Source: Cyanophora paradoxa CCMP329 (lineage: Eukaryota > Plantae > Glaucophyta). Taken from it: a stretch of DNA of 64,000 nucleotides. The stretch covers positions 62,001-126,000 of the forward strand of contig QPMI01000647.1 of the NCBI GenBank assembly GCA_004431415.1, in the 5' to 3' direction. Each line of letters starts with the position of its first letter. Position 1 is the first letter of the stretch. The notes beneath the pieces are model-generated. The model did not search any database. It was not told the DNA's origin and worked only from the letters and a program-made list of their open reading frames with translations. Positions 1 through 11,167 of this stretch are shown one piece after another. A program made the position numbers and the translations under genes.

Positions 1-3000
1 CTGCCCGGGAAGGCTCTCAGATAGGTCTCTAAAAGTAGAGGCCGCGCAGGTAGCCCTGGGCCACACGGACCGTGGCGGCGAAGGAGACGGCGTACTCGCC
101 CTCGGGCCCCGCCTCCACCTTCCGGGGGGGGCGACGGTCAGTAAGAGAGTAAAAGGAAGGAAGGCTCTGAAGGCTTCGGAACGCGGAGAGATTTAACGCG
201 AAGGAGAAAGGTTTCGGGGTGGGGACGAAGGTCAGAAGGTCTTTATAGAGCGGAAAGGAATGCTGAAGGCTTCTTAGGACCTCAGAAGGTCCTCCGACGT
301 GGGGAAGGAATGCTGAAGGCTTCGGAAAGCGGGGGCCCGGCCCACCTTGACGTCGGAGGGGCGGATCTCGACGGCCGCCCCTCCGGTCGCCGCGCCCGCC
401 ACGCGCACCGCCAGCAGGCCCGCGTCCGCGCCCTGGCGGGGGCGGGGGCGCGATCAGATCGGACTCCGATAGAAGAGAGAGGAAGTTGGAGCTAAGGGCC
501 CGGCGCGGGATGGGGATCGGACCTTGGGGCGGGGGTTCCCGCTCCCGTCCCGCATCTTGACCACCGCCCGCACGGGCTCCGGCCCGCACTGCGCCCCCGC
601 CCGAAATCAGAGATTTCCGAAGGAAATATATCGAATTCTCCTCCTCCTCCGGACCTGGCGGGGCGCCCCCGGGGCGAGGCCGGGGACGGGTACGAGCTCC
701 AGCGTCGACGCCGCCGGGTCCAGCGCCGCCGGCTTGACCTGGTGGGGGGGGGGGAATAAGGGGGGTAGGAGGAGGGGGAGGGGTAGGGGGAGAGAGAGAG
801 GACCTTCCACTTGATCGGAGTACCCGCCAGCGGGCCCTTCCCCGCGATGGCGACCATGATCTTGTACTCCCCCGTCGTGTCCAGCTCCAGCGGGATCTCG
901 TACCTGCGGGGGGAGGGGTACGGTAAAAATCACGAAGAAAAGCAGCCGAGAGCTATGCTGAGGGCGTACAGGGCCTTCTCGAGCGGGACGGCCTTGGGGT
1001 GCCCCCCCTTGTTCTCTCCCGGACCCTCCAGCGAGACCTGCGAACGAAGGGCGCTCGGTTCGAGCAGGTGGGGGGGAAGGAGATCGGGGGGTACGCGCCT
1101 CGATCTCGTCAGCGTCGCCGCCGGCCTCGCGGGGGTTGCCGTACGCGTCGCAGACCGTCAGCTTGAGAGCGAACTACGGTAGAGTTCAGAAGAGAAGAAG
1201 AGAGAAGAGTTGAGAAGAGAAGAAGAAGAAGAGATGAGCGGGCCTTGTCGCCGGCCTCAGAGTCCTTTCGGCCGCCTGCGTCCACCTTCGTCTTGTTCGG
1301 GTCGGGCGGCCCCGGGACGACCATAGCGCGGAACGGCGAGCCCGGCACCGCCTCCCGGGCGACCTAAAGAAGAAGAAGAAGACGTTAAGAAGGGAAAGGG
1401 GAAGAAGGGCGGGGTACAGTGCAGACCTCGACGTGGAGCGCGTACTCCCCCGCCGCCTGCGGGGCCGCCGAGAGCTCGTACGCCCCCGGCTCCTCCTTGA
1501 TCGGCTTCACCTGAGGCGCGCCAAGCCTGAGCTCGAGAAGGGGGGTACGGGAAGGGTCCGGGGGGAGGCGTACATTGACGGGGACCTCCGGGGCCTTCAC
1601 GTTGCCGTGGGACTCGCCCACGAGCCGCGCCACGAACTGCGTACGTACCCCTCAGACGGGGAAGAAGAAGGAGGGGGAGGGATGGAGGGGGGTACAGGGC
1701 ACCTGGCTGGAGTCGTCGAACCCGGGGCCTCGCAGGTTTCCGAAGAGGTCCCGGGCAAGCAGGGCCCAGGAGAGGGGCTGCCCGGCCGGCGCCGCCCCCT
1801 CCGGCGGGCCCCGCAGCAGCGAGCACGAGGTGCCCACGGGCGGTCCCGGGTAGATCCGGATAGGCAGCGGGCAGTCCTGGATCTACCCGCCGATCCGATC
1901 AGGTTCGAGGCCGGCGCGGCATTAGGAAGGCGCGGGTTCGAACCAGGGCGGCGTCCTTTCCGAAGCGGATCTCGAGGTCGTAGTCGCCCGCAGCGCGCAG
2001 CGCGACCGAAGCGGTGTATACCCCCTCTCCCAGCGCCTCGATCTGGAGGGGGGGATAAGTGAAATGATGGGGGTTAGAGGCGCGCGGGGGGGGGGGAGGG
2101 AGGGGGACCTTGACGGGCTCCTCCTTCGCGGGTCCGCAATGCTGCGACAGCGGCGCGAAGGGCGCCCGCGCGAAGATCTGTACCCCGGGGTCAGGGTTAC
2201 GCGATTTTTGAGGGGTACCGGCCCGCTCGCCTGCGCCGAAAGGAACTGGAAGTCGTCCCCCTCCGTCCTGACATTCCCGTACCGGTCCTTGGCCAGCACG
2301 CGGGCCTGCGGGAGTACGTCGTCAGGAAATGCCGGGGTACGGGGGCGGGTGGTTTATGAATCGCGTACCCAGACCAGCTCGCCGGCGGCCGGCCGGGATT
2401 CGAGGTCGCACTCGAACGTGCACGCCGGCCCGAAGAGCGGGCCTGGGCGGGATTCGATCCGGGGGCGACAAAATGGGGGAGGGGAGGAAGCGGACCCGGG
2501 GTAACGGGCCAGATGACCGGGCTACCGCTCAGAGCGACGCCCGCGACGGATACGTGCACCTCGACGTTCCCGGCCACCTGGGGGGGGGGGGGGGGGCGTC
2601 AGAAGCGGGGGGTACGGGCGCGGCGGGAGGGGGGATTACCGTGGGCTTGAACTCGAGGGCGTACCCCCCCTCGCCCATGTCCCGCAGCGTGTGCTCGGGC
2701 GGCGGCGCGTCCCCTTTCACGATCTTGACCTGCGCCGTGCCCCTCCCCTTCAGAACAGCGGATTCGAGCCGGGGACGAGGAGGCGAACCTCGAAGTCGAG
2801 CTCGTCGGCGCCGCCGGAGCGCAGGTTGGAGTACGCGTCCCGGGCCAGGATGGCGAGCAGGGCGCCCTGGCCGGCCACGCCCCCCGCCGGGCCCGCCGCC
2901 ACCGCCACCTGCAGAACATAAGAGAGGAAGAGGAAGATTTAAGAAGAGGAGAAGAGAGTGCCTGGGAGTGGGGGCCGTCGAGGAGTCCCGGGAAGACCCG

Positions 3001-6000
3001 GACGTCCACGGGGCTCCCCGCCACGTGGGCGCCCCCGCAAGCGATCGAGAGGACGTAGCGACCGGCGCGGGTCGGTCCGACCGAGAGGCAGTAGCGGCCC
3101 TCCTCGTCCTCCTCGCCCTCCGGCTTGATCTGAGTGAGGGGTTCAGGTGAGCCTTCTTCTTCTACTTGTTTCTGCTACCCTTCATCGTCTTTTCGCGTAC
3201 CCGGAGCGTCTCGGTGCGGGGCGCGGAGACGGCGAGCGCCGGGTCGTCGGGCATGGGCCCCTCCAGGGTGGCCGCGTACGCCCCGGCGTCCCCGCGCCCC
3301 TCCCGCAGGTTCCCGACCGAGTCCCGGGCCTGAAAGGCGCTCTAAGAGGGCGAAGGGGAGATGAGGCCGGAGGGGGGTACTGCGCGCGCACGTCGATGCG
3401 GATGGTGCCCGGCTCGCCAGCTAGCACGTTCAGCTTCCCGACCTGACGGTGGGGGGTACGGTCGATCAGAAAAGGGGGGTACAGGTGCCGCAGGCCCGGG
3501 CGCGCCTCGCCGGTCGAGGCGCGGCAGATGGAGCGGCCGGCGTCGGGCTCCCCGGGGTACACCACGACGGTGAACGGGCTACCCCCGATGGGGCGGCCCT
3601 CCAGGTACACCTCGAGCACGTACTCCCCCGCGGACTGCTCGGGGATACGTCATTCCACAAAAAGAGGCGAAAAATCAAGGGGGGTACGCGCCTTCGGCGT
3701 GTACGTGACGTCCGTGCCGCCGGCGCGGGCCTTCACGTCGCAGTGGAGGGCCGCCTTGCCCTCGGGCGGGTCCGTCGCCCGCGCCCTCCCCTCGCTCCAC
3801 AGCTGAGAAAGCGAGCGAAAAAAAAGAGGGTCAGGGGCTCCTAGGAGGAACAACGAGGGGGGTACGGCTTCATTCGGACCTTGACGGCGTACATGTGCGC
3901 GGAGACGACGGCGCGCGCCGTGATGCGGTTGCGCCGGCGCGCCGCCCGCTCCCTCGCCACCCGCGCCTAAGAAAGAAGTTTGAGAAGGGGAGAGGAAGGA
4001 GAAGGAAAGGAGGAGGAGGAAGGGGAGCGAGTGCCTTGTGGGCCTCGGCGCGGCGGCGGCGGTAGGCGCGGTCCGCCTCGTCGTCCTCGTTCGGGAGGGT
4101 GTCCGCCTCGGCCAGCTCCGACCCGCTGTCCTCGTCCACCTGCGCGGCGGGGCCGAGCGTCAGGGCGGCGGGTGGATGGATGGATGGAGGAGTCTAAAGC
4201 GCCTGTGGCTTGCTAAGTAAGGCGGGGCGGGGCCGAGCGTCAGGGCGGCGGGTGGGTGAATGGAGGAGGCGGACGCGTCAATCTCCGTCTCTAAAGCGAC
4301 TGTGGCTTGCTAAGTAAGGCGGGGCGGGGCGGGGCGGGGCGGGGCGGGGCCGAACGCCTTTAGAGATGCTCTGATCGGCGCGAGGTGCTCTAATTCGCCA
4401 ACGCTCTAAGTGCATTTAGGGCGCCCGCCGCGCGTGCCTGGACGTCGGCCACGTCGCTCTCCCCGTCGGCGGCGGCGGAGGCGGAGGCGGAGGGGGCCGC
4501 CTCTCCGTCCGCCTTCGCTTTCTCGGGCGTCGCCTCCGCCCCCTCCTCTTCCTCCTCCCCCTCCTCGTCCTCCTCGTCCTGAAGTTGGGCGTTAAAGAGT
4601 CTATCAAGGAATCTCTTCCATATCAAGAGGGGTACCTCGTCGTCGTCGCCCTCCTCGCCGAAGCACGGGTTCCCGTACGTGTCCTTCGCCTCTGACGGGG
4701 CGCGGAGTCAGATGGCGTCGGGTGCGAGGTGAGGAGGAGAGCTGTAGCTGTAGAGCGAGATGCGCGCTCTTTCTTTATCTCTCCCTCTCCCCCTCTCTTT
4801 CTGGGCGCGGCCGGCCGCACCGACGGTGACGCGGGCGGGGAGGCCGGCGACGGCGCGCGAGGCGCCCTCCCCCGTCGCCGTCGACGTCGTCGGGTCCACC
4901 GCCGCTGAGGGAGCGAGGGGAGAGAAGGGCGGGGCGCCAGTCAGAAGTCAGTCAGTGGGGGTAGCCGCTAGATTGGTATCAAGCTTAGAGCTTAGAGCTG
5001 GAGGTTAGAGCTTAGAGGGGAGTGGAGGGAGGGAGGGAGAGCCGTCAGCCAGAAGCCGATTCTTCTTCTTCTTCGAGGGGAGGGGAGCGGCCGGGGCGCG
5101 CTTCTAGAAGTTGGAAGCTGAGAGCGGGGCGGGCGTCCTCAAGCTAAGTACGTCCTGGTTAGGACCTTCTTCCTTCATAGTAAGGTCCTATTCTTCTTGG
5201 TTAGGTCCTAGGACAAGGAGAGAGAACGCTCGGGCCCGGCCTCGCCGGCCTCACCGGGGTAGCAGCGGAGGCGGTGGGCGCCCGCCCCGATCGCCTTCCC
5301 CCCGACGCTCAGAGCCACCTCGTGCTTCCCCGCCCTCCGGATCGTGTACTGCACGGGGGAAACCGGCGGCTCAGTTCAAGCGTAGGGGCATATCTTCTGC
5401 ATATCTTCCCTTCCTCCCCCCTCCTCTTCCCCCTCCCCCGCCCACCTTGACGATGTAGGAGCCGTCGCCGCGGTCCGTGACCGCCGCCTCCCAGTCCCCT
5501 TCCTCCACCTTCGGGCCCCGGATCTCCACCCGCATGTCCTGCGCACGGGGTGGGGAGTGGGGTGTACGGTTCAGTTTGGCCTGGAGGGGGTACAGTGCTT
5601 TTTGGATTGGGGGGGGGGGGGGGGGGGGCTCGCCCTGAGGTCGCCCCCCTGCTCCATCTGCTCCCCGTCGTCGCTGACGGCGACTACCCGGAACCAGGAC
5701 TCCTCCCCGGCCTGGGGGGTACGGCATTTCCGTACGGTAGGGGGTACGGGAAAGGGACGGATGGAGGGGGGCTACCTTGCAGCGGCGGAGTCCCGCGCCC
5801 TCCGCGAAGCACTGCGCCGGGTCCACGTTCGCTGCGGGGGCGCGTCACGGACGGGGGTACGCCGAATCTGGCGGGCGGCGGGGGGGTACGCGCTCATATC
5901 GCAGATGGCGCCGGCGTGCCCGTAACGGGGTAGGGGCGCGCGCTCGTCGAACTCGTACAGGCGGATCCAGCCGGCGTCTGCCGCGCGGCTCAGCGGGGGG

Positions 6001-8753
6001 GTACGAGAAAGAAAGAGGGAGGGATGGGGGGGGTACGTGCGCGCCTGGGTTGGTGGTGTCGAAGCAGTGGAGCTCCGAGAGCCAGGGCCCGTCCCGGCGG
6101 CCCGTCCACCCGCCGAACAGGAAGAGCATCGAGCGCCCGACGGGCCACATCGAGGCACCCTCCCGCGGCCGCGGCCAGGCGCCGTCGTACCCCCCGTACG
6201 CCGTCCACTCCCCCGTCCTCGGCTCGTACGCGAACAGCTGCGGCGAAAGTGAGCGGGGTTGGTGGGAGGGAAGGTTGAAGGAGGGGGGTAGGGGCAGCGC
6301 CCGCCTCGTTGCTGTACTGGGGCGGGGGGGAGATAGGGCCGCCGGGTACGGGAGGCTCGTCCGGCAGGATGGCACCGCCGAAGACCCAGAGCCGTCCCAT
6401 GACGAAGGCAGCGCAGTGCCCGTAGCGGGGGCGAGGCCTGAGGCCTCTCAGAAAGAGGAAAGCGGGAGGGGAAGAGGCGGGGGGGGAGGGGGGGGGTACC
6501 GTTCGCCGGCGGAGCGGGCCCGGCGCCACTCGACGGCAATGGGGGGCGAGGGCCCAAAGGGCACGCGCGGGCCCGAGCCGCGCCGGATGCCGGCCACGTA
6601 GATATCTGTGGGTGGGGTACGCGGTTCGGGATTCGTTTGGGTAAAAAAAGAAGGGGGTACGCGCCGTCCGGGCAGCAATAGTACGCGGTCTCGAACTCGG
6701 GGCGGCGGACGTCGTCCGCGGACCGCCCCCCGTACATAATTAGAGCGCCCTGCGGACTCTTAGCGATTGGAAAGAGGGAGGGAGCAGACCGCCCGGGGTA
6801 CCGGAAAGACGAAGGTGAGGGTGTGGTCGCAGCGGGGGGTAGGGAGGAGCCCCTCCCCCTCGTACGAGGACTGCCGTACTCTCCCCCACTCCAGCGCTGC
6901 CGCAAAGGCTTCAGGGGGTACGCGGTGCTTTGAGGCGGGGAGGGCTACTCACCGTCGTCGGCGCGGTAGAGGCCCCACATGTCGTCGAGGGGCCTCCCGT
7001 TGGGGCCTCTACCCCCGTGGACCAGCATCACCTGGGAGGGGGGTAAGAGTTAACAGTCGGCGGGGGTACGGAACGAGCGGGAGGGGGTACGGGATTACCT
7101 CGCGCCACGCGACGGCGGCGGCGTGCCCGTCGCGCTTGCGGGGGCCGCTGCCGGGCCCGTCCGCGCCGGCGGCCGTCTGCAGCTCGGGGCGGACCCAGCG
7201 CGCCGCGTCCACATCGAACACGTGGACGTCCGAGAAGCGCTGCCGCACGTCCGTACCCCCGAAGACAACCACGATGCTGTTCCCGAACTTTGGAAAGGGG
7301 AGGGGGGGGGGGGGGATGCGAGTCAGCGGCCGAGGGGGGGAGAGACGGGCGGGGGGGTAGCGCACGCTCCAGCCGCCGTCCATGTCCGTCGAGAGGCGGA
7401 GGTGGCTAGCAGAGGCCCGAACGCGCGGGGTCGGCCCGCCCTGCGCAAGGAGCGCGGTCAGCCCCAGAAAAGAGCACGGGGCCAGCCGGGGGTACGGGGT
7501 CGCACGTGGGCCAGCCGGGGGTACCAGTTGATGCCCTCCCGACCCGTACCCAGCGCGTGCGTGTCCGCGAACATGTAGCTGCACCCCCCGTCGGATTCGA
7601 GGGCCTCCTTCGGCGGGCGGCGCCCCCAGTACGTTTCTGCTCCCGGATCAAATCAGATTCGAAGTCCCCGGATCGAGTCCCGGCGGGAAGGGTTCCGCAC
7701 CGTAGACCTGCCAGGCCTTCCGCCAGTACCCCCGGGAGCCGCCCTGGTCTCCGAAACCGCTGCGCGGGGTTCGTGGGCTCAGGCGCCGGCTCGGGGACCG
7801 TTCCGGGGGGGGGGGGTACGCCGCACCCGAAGACGAAGAGGGTACGCTTGCGGAGGACCTTGCGCACGTTCGTCATCGTGCGGAGGAGGCGCGAGCCCCC
7901 GCCGCCGCCGCCCGAGGCCGGCGGGCGCCGTCCGTGGGCGTGGGCGGCCGCCGGCGGGGGCGGAGCGGGCATGGCCTCCCCGCCGCTTTCGGCCGCAGCC
8001 ATCGCCGAGGAAAGGATGACGTCCTTGTAATACACGGGCTGCTGGATGTAAGAAAGAAGTTATAGAAGCTGTAATGACGAAAGAGGAGGACCTTAGCGGC
8101 GACGGGGGAGGGCAGCCCGCCGCCGGCGCCGGCGCCGCCCGACCGCAGCGGGGAGGCGGGGCCGGTTCCGGCGCGGCGGGACCCGCCCTGATCGTCCCCT
8201 GTACCCCCCTCCTCCTCCAAGGCGACGTTGCCCCAGGCGCCAGCGATGCGCGCGCGCCGGAGATTCATCACGGTACGGGCCCCGACCAGGTCGACCTCCA
8301 GCCCCGCGGAGATGGGGCGCGGCAGATGCACGCCGGACCCGGCCTGGGTCAGCGGCCCGCTCTGCGAAGCACACGTGAGGAGCGCGGGGTAAAGGGGCGG
8401 GGAAAGGTGCGCGCCTGCGTCTTGTACGCGTTCACCGGGTCGTACCCGATGCCGTTGTAGCCGCGGGCGAGCCGCGCGCTGGAGGGGCGCTGCCGCAGCG
8501 TCGGCGACTGCGGCCGATGCATCGAGAAGCCGTTGGCCCCCGGCGGCGGCGCGCCCATCGCCCGGCCCGGGCCGTCGCTGGGCAGCCGCCGGGGCGCCGA
8601 GACCGGGCGGCCGGCGCTGCCGTACGGGCTGCTACCGTACGACCGGCCCGGCGAGGTCGCGCGCCGGGCGGACAGCCGCCCCTCATTCCACACGTATCGC
8701 TTGACGGGCCCCACGCTCAGGGGCTTCGCCAATGCCTCCTGCTCCTCCTCCAT
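1..8753 (-). CDS. Multi-exon Kelch-repeat plus filamin (Ig-like) repeat protein; 3' end lies beyond the left edge
   Basis: Probable ATG at 8753 (MEEEQEALAK). Kelch blades in spliced exons: IVVVFGGTDVRQRFSDVHVFDVDAARW, RKRDGHAA, LIMYGGRS, PRYGHCAAFVMGRLWVFGG, MLFLFGGWTG...LSELHCFDT. Filamin repeats: VDPAQCFAEGAGL, VTDRGDGSYIVK, LEVYLEGRPIGGSPFTVVVYPG, DMGEGGYALEFKPT, KDRYGNVRTEG, VAIAGKGPLAGTP. Could be more than one gene. Confidence 0.8.
4147..4330. repeat. Imperfect tandem duplication (~80-95 bp unit) inside an intron, followed by (GGGGC)n
   Basis: ggcggggccgagcgtcagggcggcgggtgg...tctaaagcg(c/a)ctgtggcttgctaagtaaggcgggg occurs twice. Confidence 0.85.
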
Positions 8754-8941
8754 CGCGGGCGCGACGCCCGGCGGTCTGACGAGTCGAGGGTCAGGGCGCG
8801 GCAGCCATGGATGTGCAGGAGGACATAGAACGTCTCCAAGCGGCGATTCTGGCCCCGAGGAGCCCGCAGCTAAGGTTGGAGCCGCACGGGTCAACGCGGT
8901 CCGGGCGAGCGGCTGGAGCGCCCACATCGCACGCGGATCGC
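8754..8941. promoter_or_regulatory. Putative compact bidirectional promoter between the Kelch-filamin and lipoate ligase genes
   Basis: Divergent predicted start codons at 8753 (-) and 8942 (+), about 190 bp apart. Confidence 0.4.
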
Positions 8942-9977
8942 ATGCTTCTAAGCTGCGCAGCAGCGTTGCGTGGCCAGCGGCGACGTACCGGCGGCCGCTC
9001 CAAAAGCGTCCACACCCTCAGGACGCTCCAAAGCCGCCGAGGTGCCACTAATCAACGGTAACTGGGCTATACTATCGATTGCTTGAGCCGCTATGCGCTG
9101 CGTTGGCCCTGCTTGGCTCTCTCTCTTGTTGCAGACACGGGATCGACTCCTTCAAGACCCATTTCTCGATGGCGGCCCGGCCAGCGGTGAACTTCGTCAG
9201 GCTGTCGCGGGGCTGCATCCTGCGACAGCTGCACCTCGAGGAGAGGCTATATCGCACGGCCCAGAGCAACTGGTGCATCGTACTCGACGGCGCCGCCCGG
9301 CCGGCGGTCGTCATGGGCATCAGCGGCGTGCCGGAGAAGCTTCTAGACCTTGAGGCGATTCGGCGGGCCCCGATCCCGGTTTACAGGCGCTTCACGGGCG
9401 GCGGGACCGTTGTAGTGTGCGCCTCGCTCGCGCCCCCGAGCCAGCTCCGCCTCAAGCCGCCGCTTCCCGCAGGGACGAGCAGACGCTCTTCATCACGCTG
9501 CTGTTCAACGGGCAGCAGCTTGGCCTGCAGGCCTTCCCGCGCGAGATCATGCGCTGGACCGAGGAGCTCTACCAGCCCGTCTTCGGGCGGGACTTCCGCC
9601 ACGTGGAGAACGACTACGCCTACGGCGATCTGAAGTTCGGCGGCAACGCGCAGGCGATCAGCCGCGACCGCTGGCTTCACCACACGTCGTTCCTGTGGGA
9701 CTTCCAGCTCGAGCGCATGGCGTACCTCCAGCTGCCGGAGCGGCGGCCCGCGTACCGCCAGAGCAGGTCGCACGGCTCGTTCCTCTGCCGCCTGCGCGAC
9801 TACTTCCCCTCCCGCGACGACCTCGTCGCCCGCGTCGAGGCGCGCCTCGCGGAGCGCTTTGACGTGCGGCGCGTGAGCGCGGAGGAGGCGGAGGCCGAGT
9901 GCGACCCCGCGCACCGCTGCCAGTCCGCGGAGGTCGACTTGTCTGGCGCCCCGCGCGCCCCGGCGGCCGGCGGCTGA
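8942..9977 (+). CDS. lplA: Lipoate-protein ligase A-like (BPL/LplA/LipB family), probably mitochondrion-targeted
   Basis: Motifs QLHLEERLYR, VVMGISG, RRFTGGGTVVVD, ENDY..GDLKFGGNAQ, RWLHHTSFLWDF. Introns at ~9058-9134 and ~9416-9471. The Arg-rich N-terminus MLLSCAAALRGQRRR splices in frame. Alternative start at 9169. Confidence 0.9.
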
Positions 9978-10462
9978 GGACGGCGGCGGCGCATCCTGGA
10001 ATCGCTAGATCTAGAATCGATCTGCGGCCCGCAGTTCGCTGCTCCATCGCACCCGGTGCGCAAGCTTTGCCCGCTGCGCTTCATCATCAAGCCCTGACTT
10101 CCTTCCTGCAGCTTCGCGTCGGTGTGGACGCCACTGAACCAAGCCGAATCGAAGGCGGAGCTGCCTGCAGCTGGCCATGGTTCTGGACGCCGCCGGCCGG
10201 CCGGCCAACCGACGCGGCCGTCACGTCGCGCTAGCGCTCGGCATCGACCGCCTAGCCTGGCGCTCGGCTACCCAGGCGCCGCAGCTGTGGCGCTGGCCCC
10301 GCGCGCGCGGCCTAGGCCAGCATAGGCCTTGGCACTTTAGCTTCCGTGTGCTAGGATTCAATTCGATGCGTTTGTTTCTTACCGATCGTCGAGTCCTCCG
10401 AGTCCGCCCAGTGGCCGCCGCCGCGCACATGTACAGCTGCAGCGCTAGCCGGCCGCGCGCGC

Positions 10463-10974
10463 TAGGCTTGCGGCTCTAGTCAAGCCGACTAGCTAGCCGG
10501 CTTGACTAGCGGCCCTCGGCCCGCGACTCTAGCCGCCCTCTTGGGAACGCTAGTCGGCTGGCCAGCCCGACTAGCGGGCCATCAGGCTAGCCGACTGGCC
10601 AGCCGGCGGCCAGCCGGGCCCCTACGGGGGGGGCTACCCCTCAGAAGGGGTACAGAAAGGGGGAAAACTGGCTAGGAAAGAGTGAATTCGAAAAACCTGT
10701 GATTTGGAGCCTCAAAAGAGTGTCAAGGTGATGTTAAGGTGATTGCGAGCCGCTGAGCATGTTTTCGCGTTCAACAACACGATAGACATGCTTCTCGCGG
10801 GACTAGAGGCGGCTAGAGGGGGGGGGAGAAGCCCGAAACTAGCTAGCCGGCTATTAATTAGGCGCCGAAGGCGCCTCCGCTAGCGCTAGCCAAACTAGCT
10901 AGCGGCTAGAGCCAGGAGTCCGGGCGGCTTGACTTGACTAGAGCCGGGGGGGCTCCGAGCTAGTCGCAAGCCTA
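10463..10974. mobile_element. Non-autonomous hAT-type MITE
   Basis: TIRs TAGGCTTGCG / CGCAAGCCTA; perfect 8 bp TSD GCGCGCGC (10455-10462 and 10975-10982); many CTAG-containing subterminal repeats; no coding capacity. Confidence 0.8.
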
Positions 10975-11167
10975 GCGCGCGCGCGGCGCCGGCGCCGCCG
11001 AGAACTATACCAAATCTAGGCCAATAACCCGGTTTCGTGCACCTCACCGCGCGGCCGCTGCAACTTCGAGCTCAACCTTGCTGGCTCTGCCGCGCGTGTA
11101 CCCGGACTGTCCTAGCGAGGTCGTACCCGGCTGGCCGCTCTTGCTGCCGCCAGCGCTCGTCGGCGAC

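Noticed and set aside
600-3900. Strict nucleosome-length periodicity of GTAC
   Set aside because: Spacing here is irregular by eye, so periodicity is kept only as a testable possibility.
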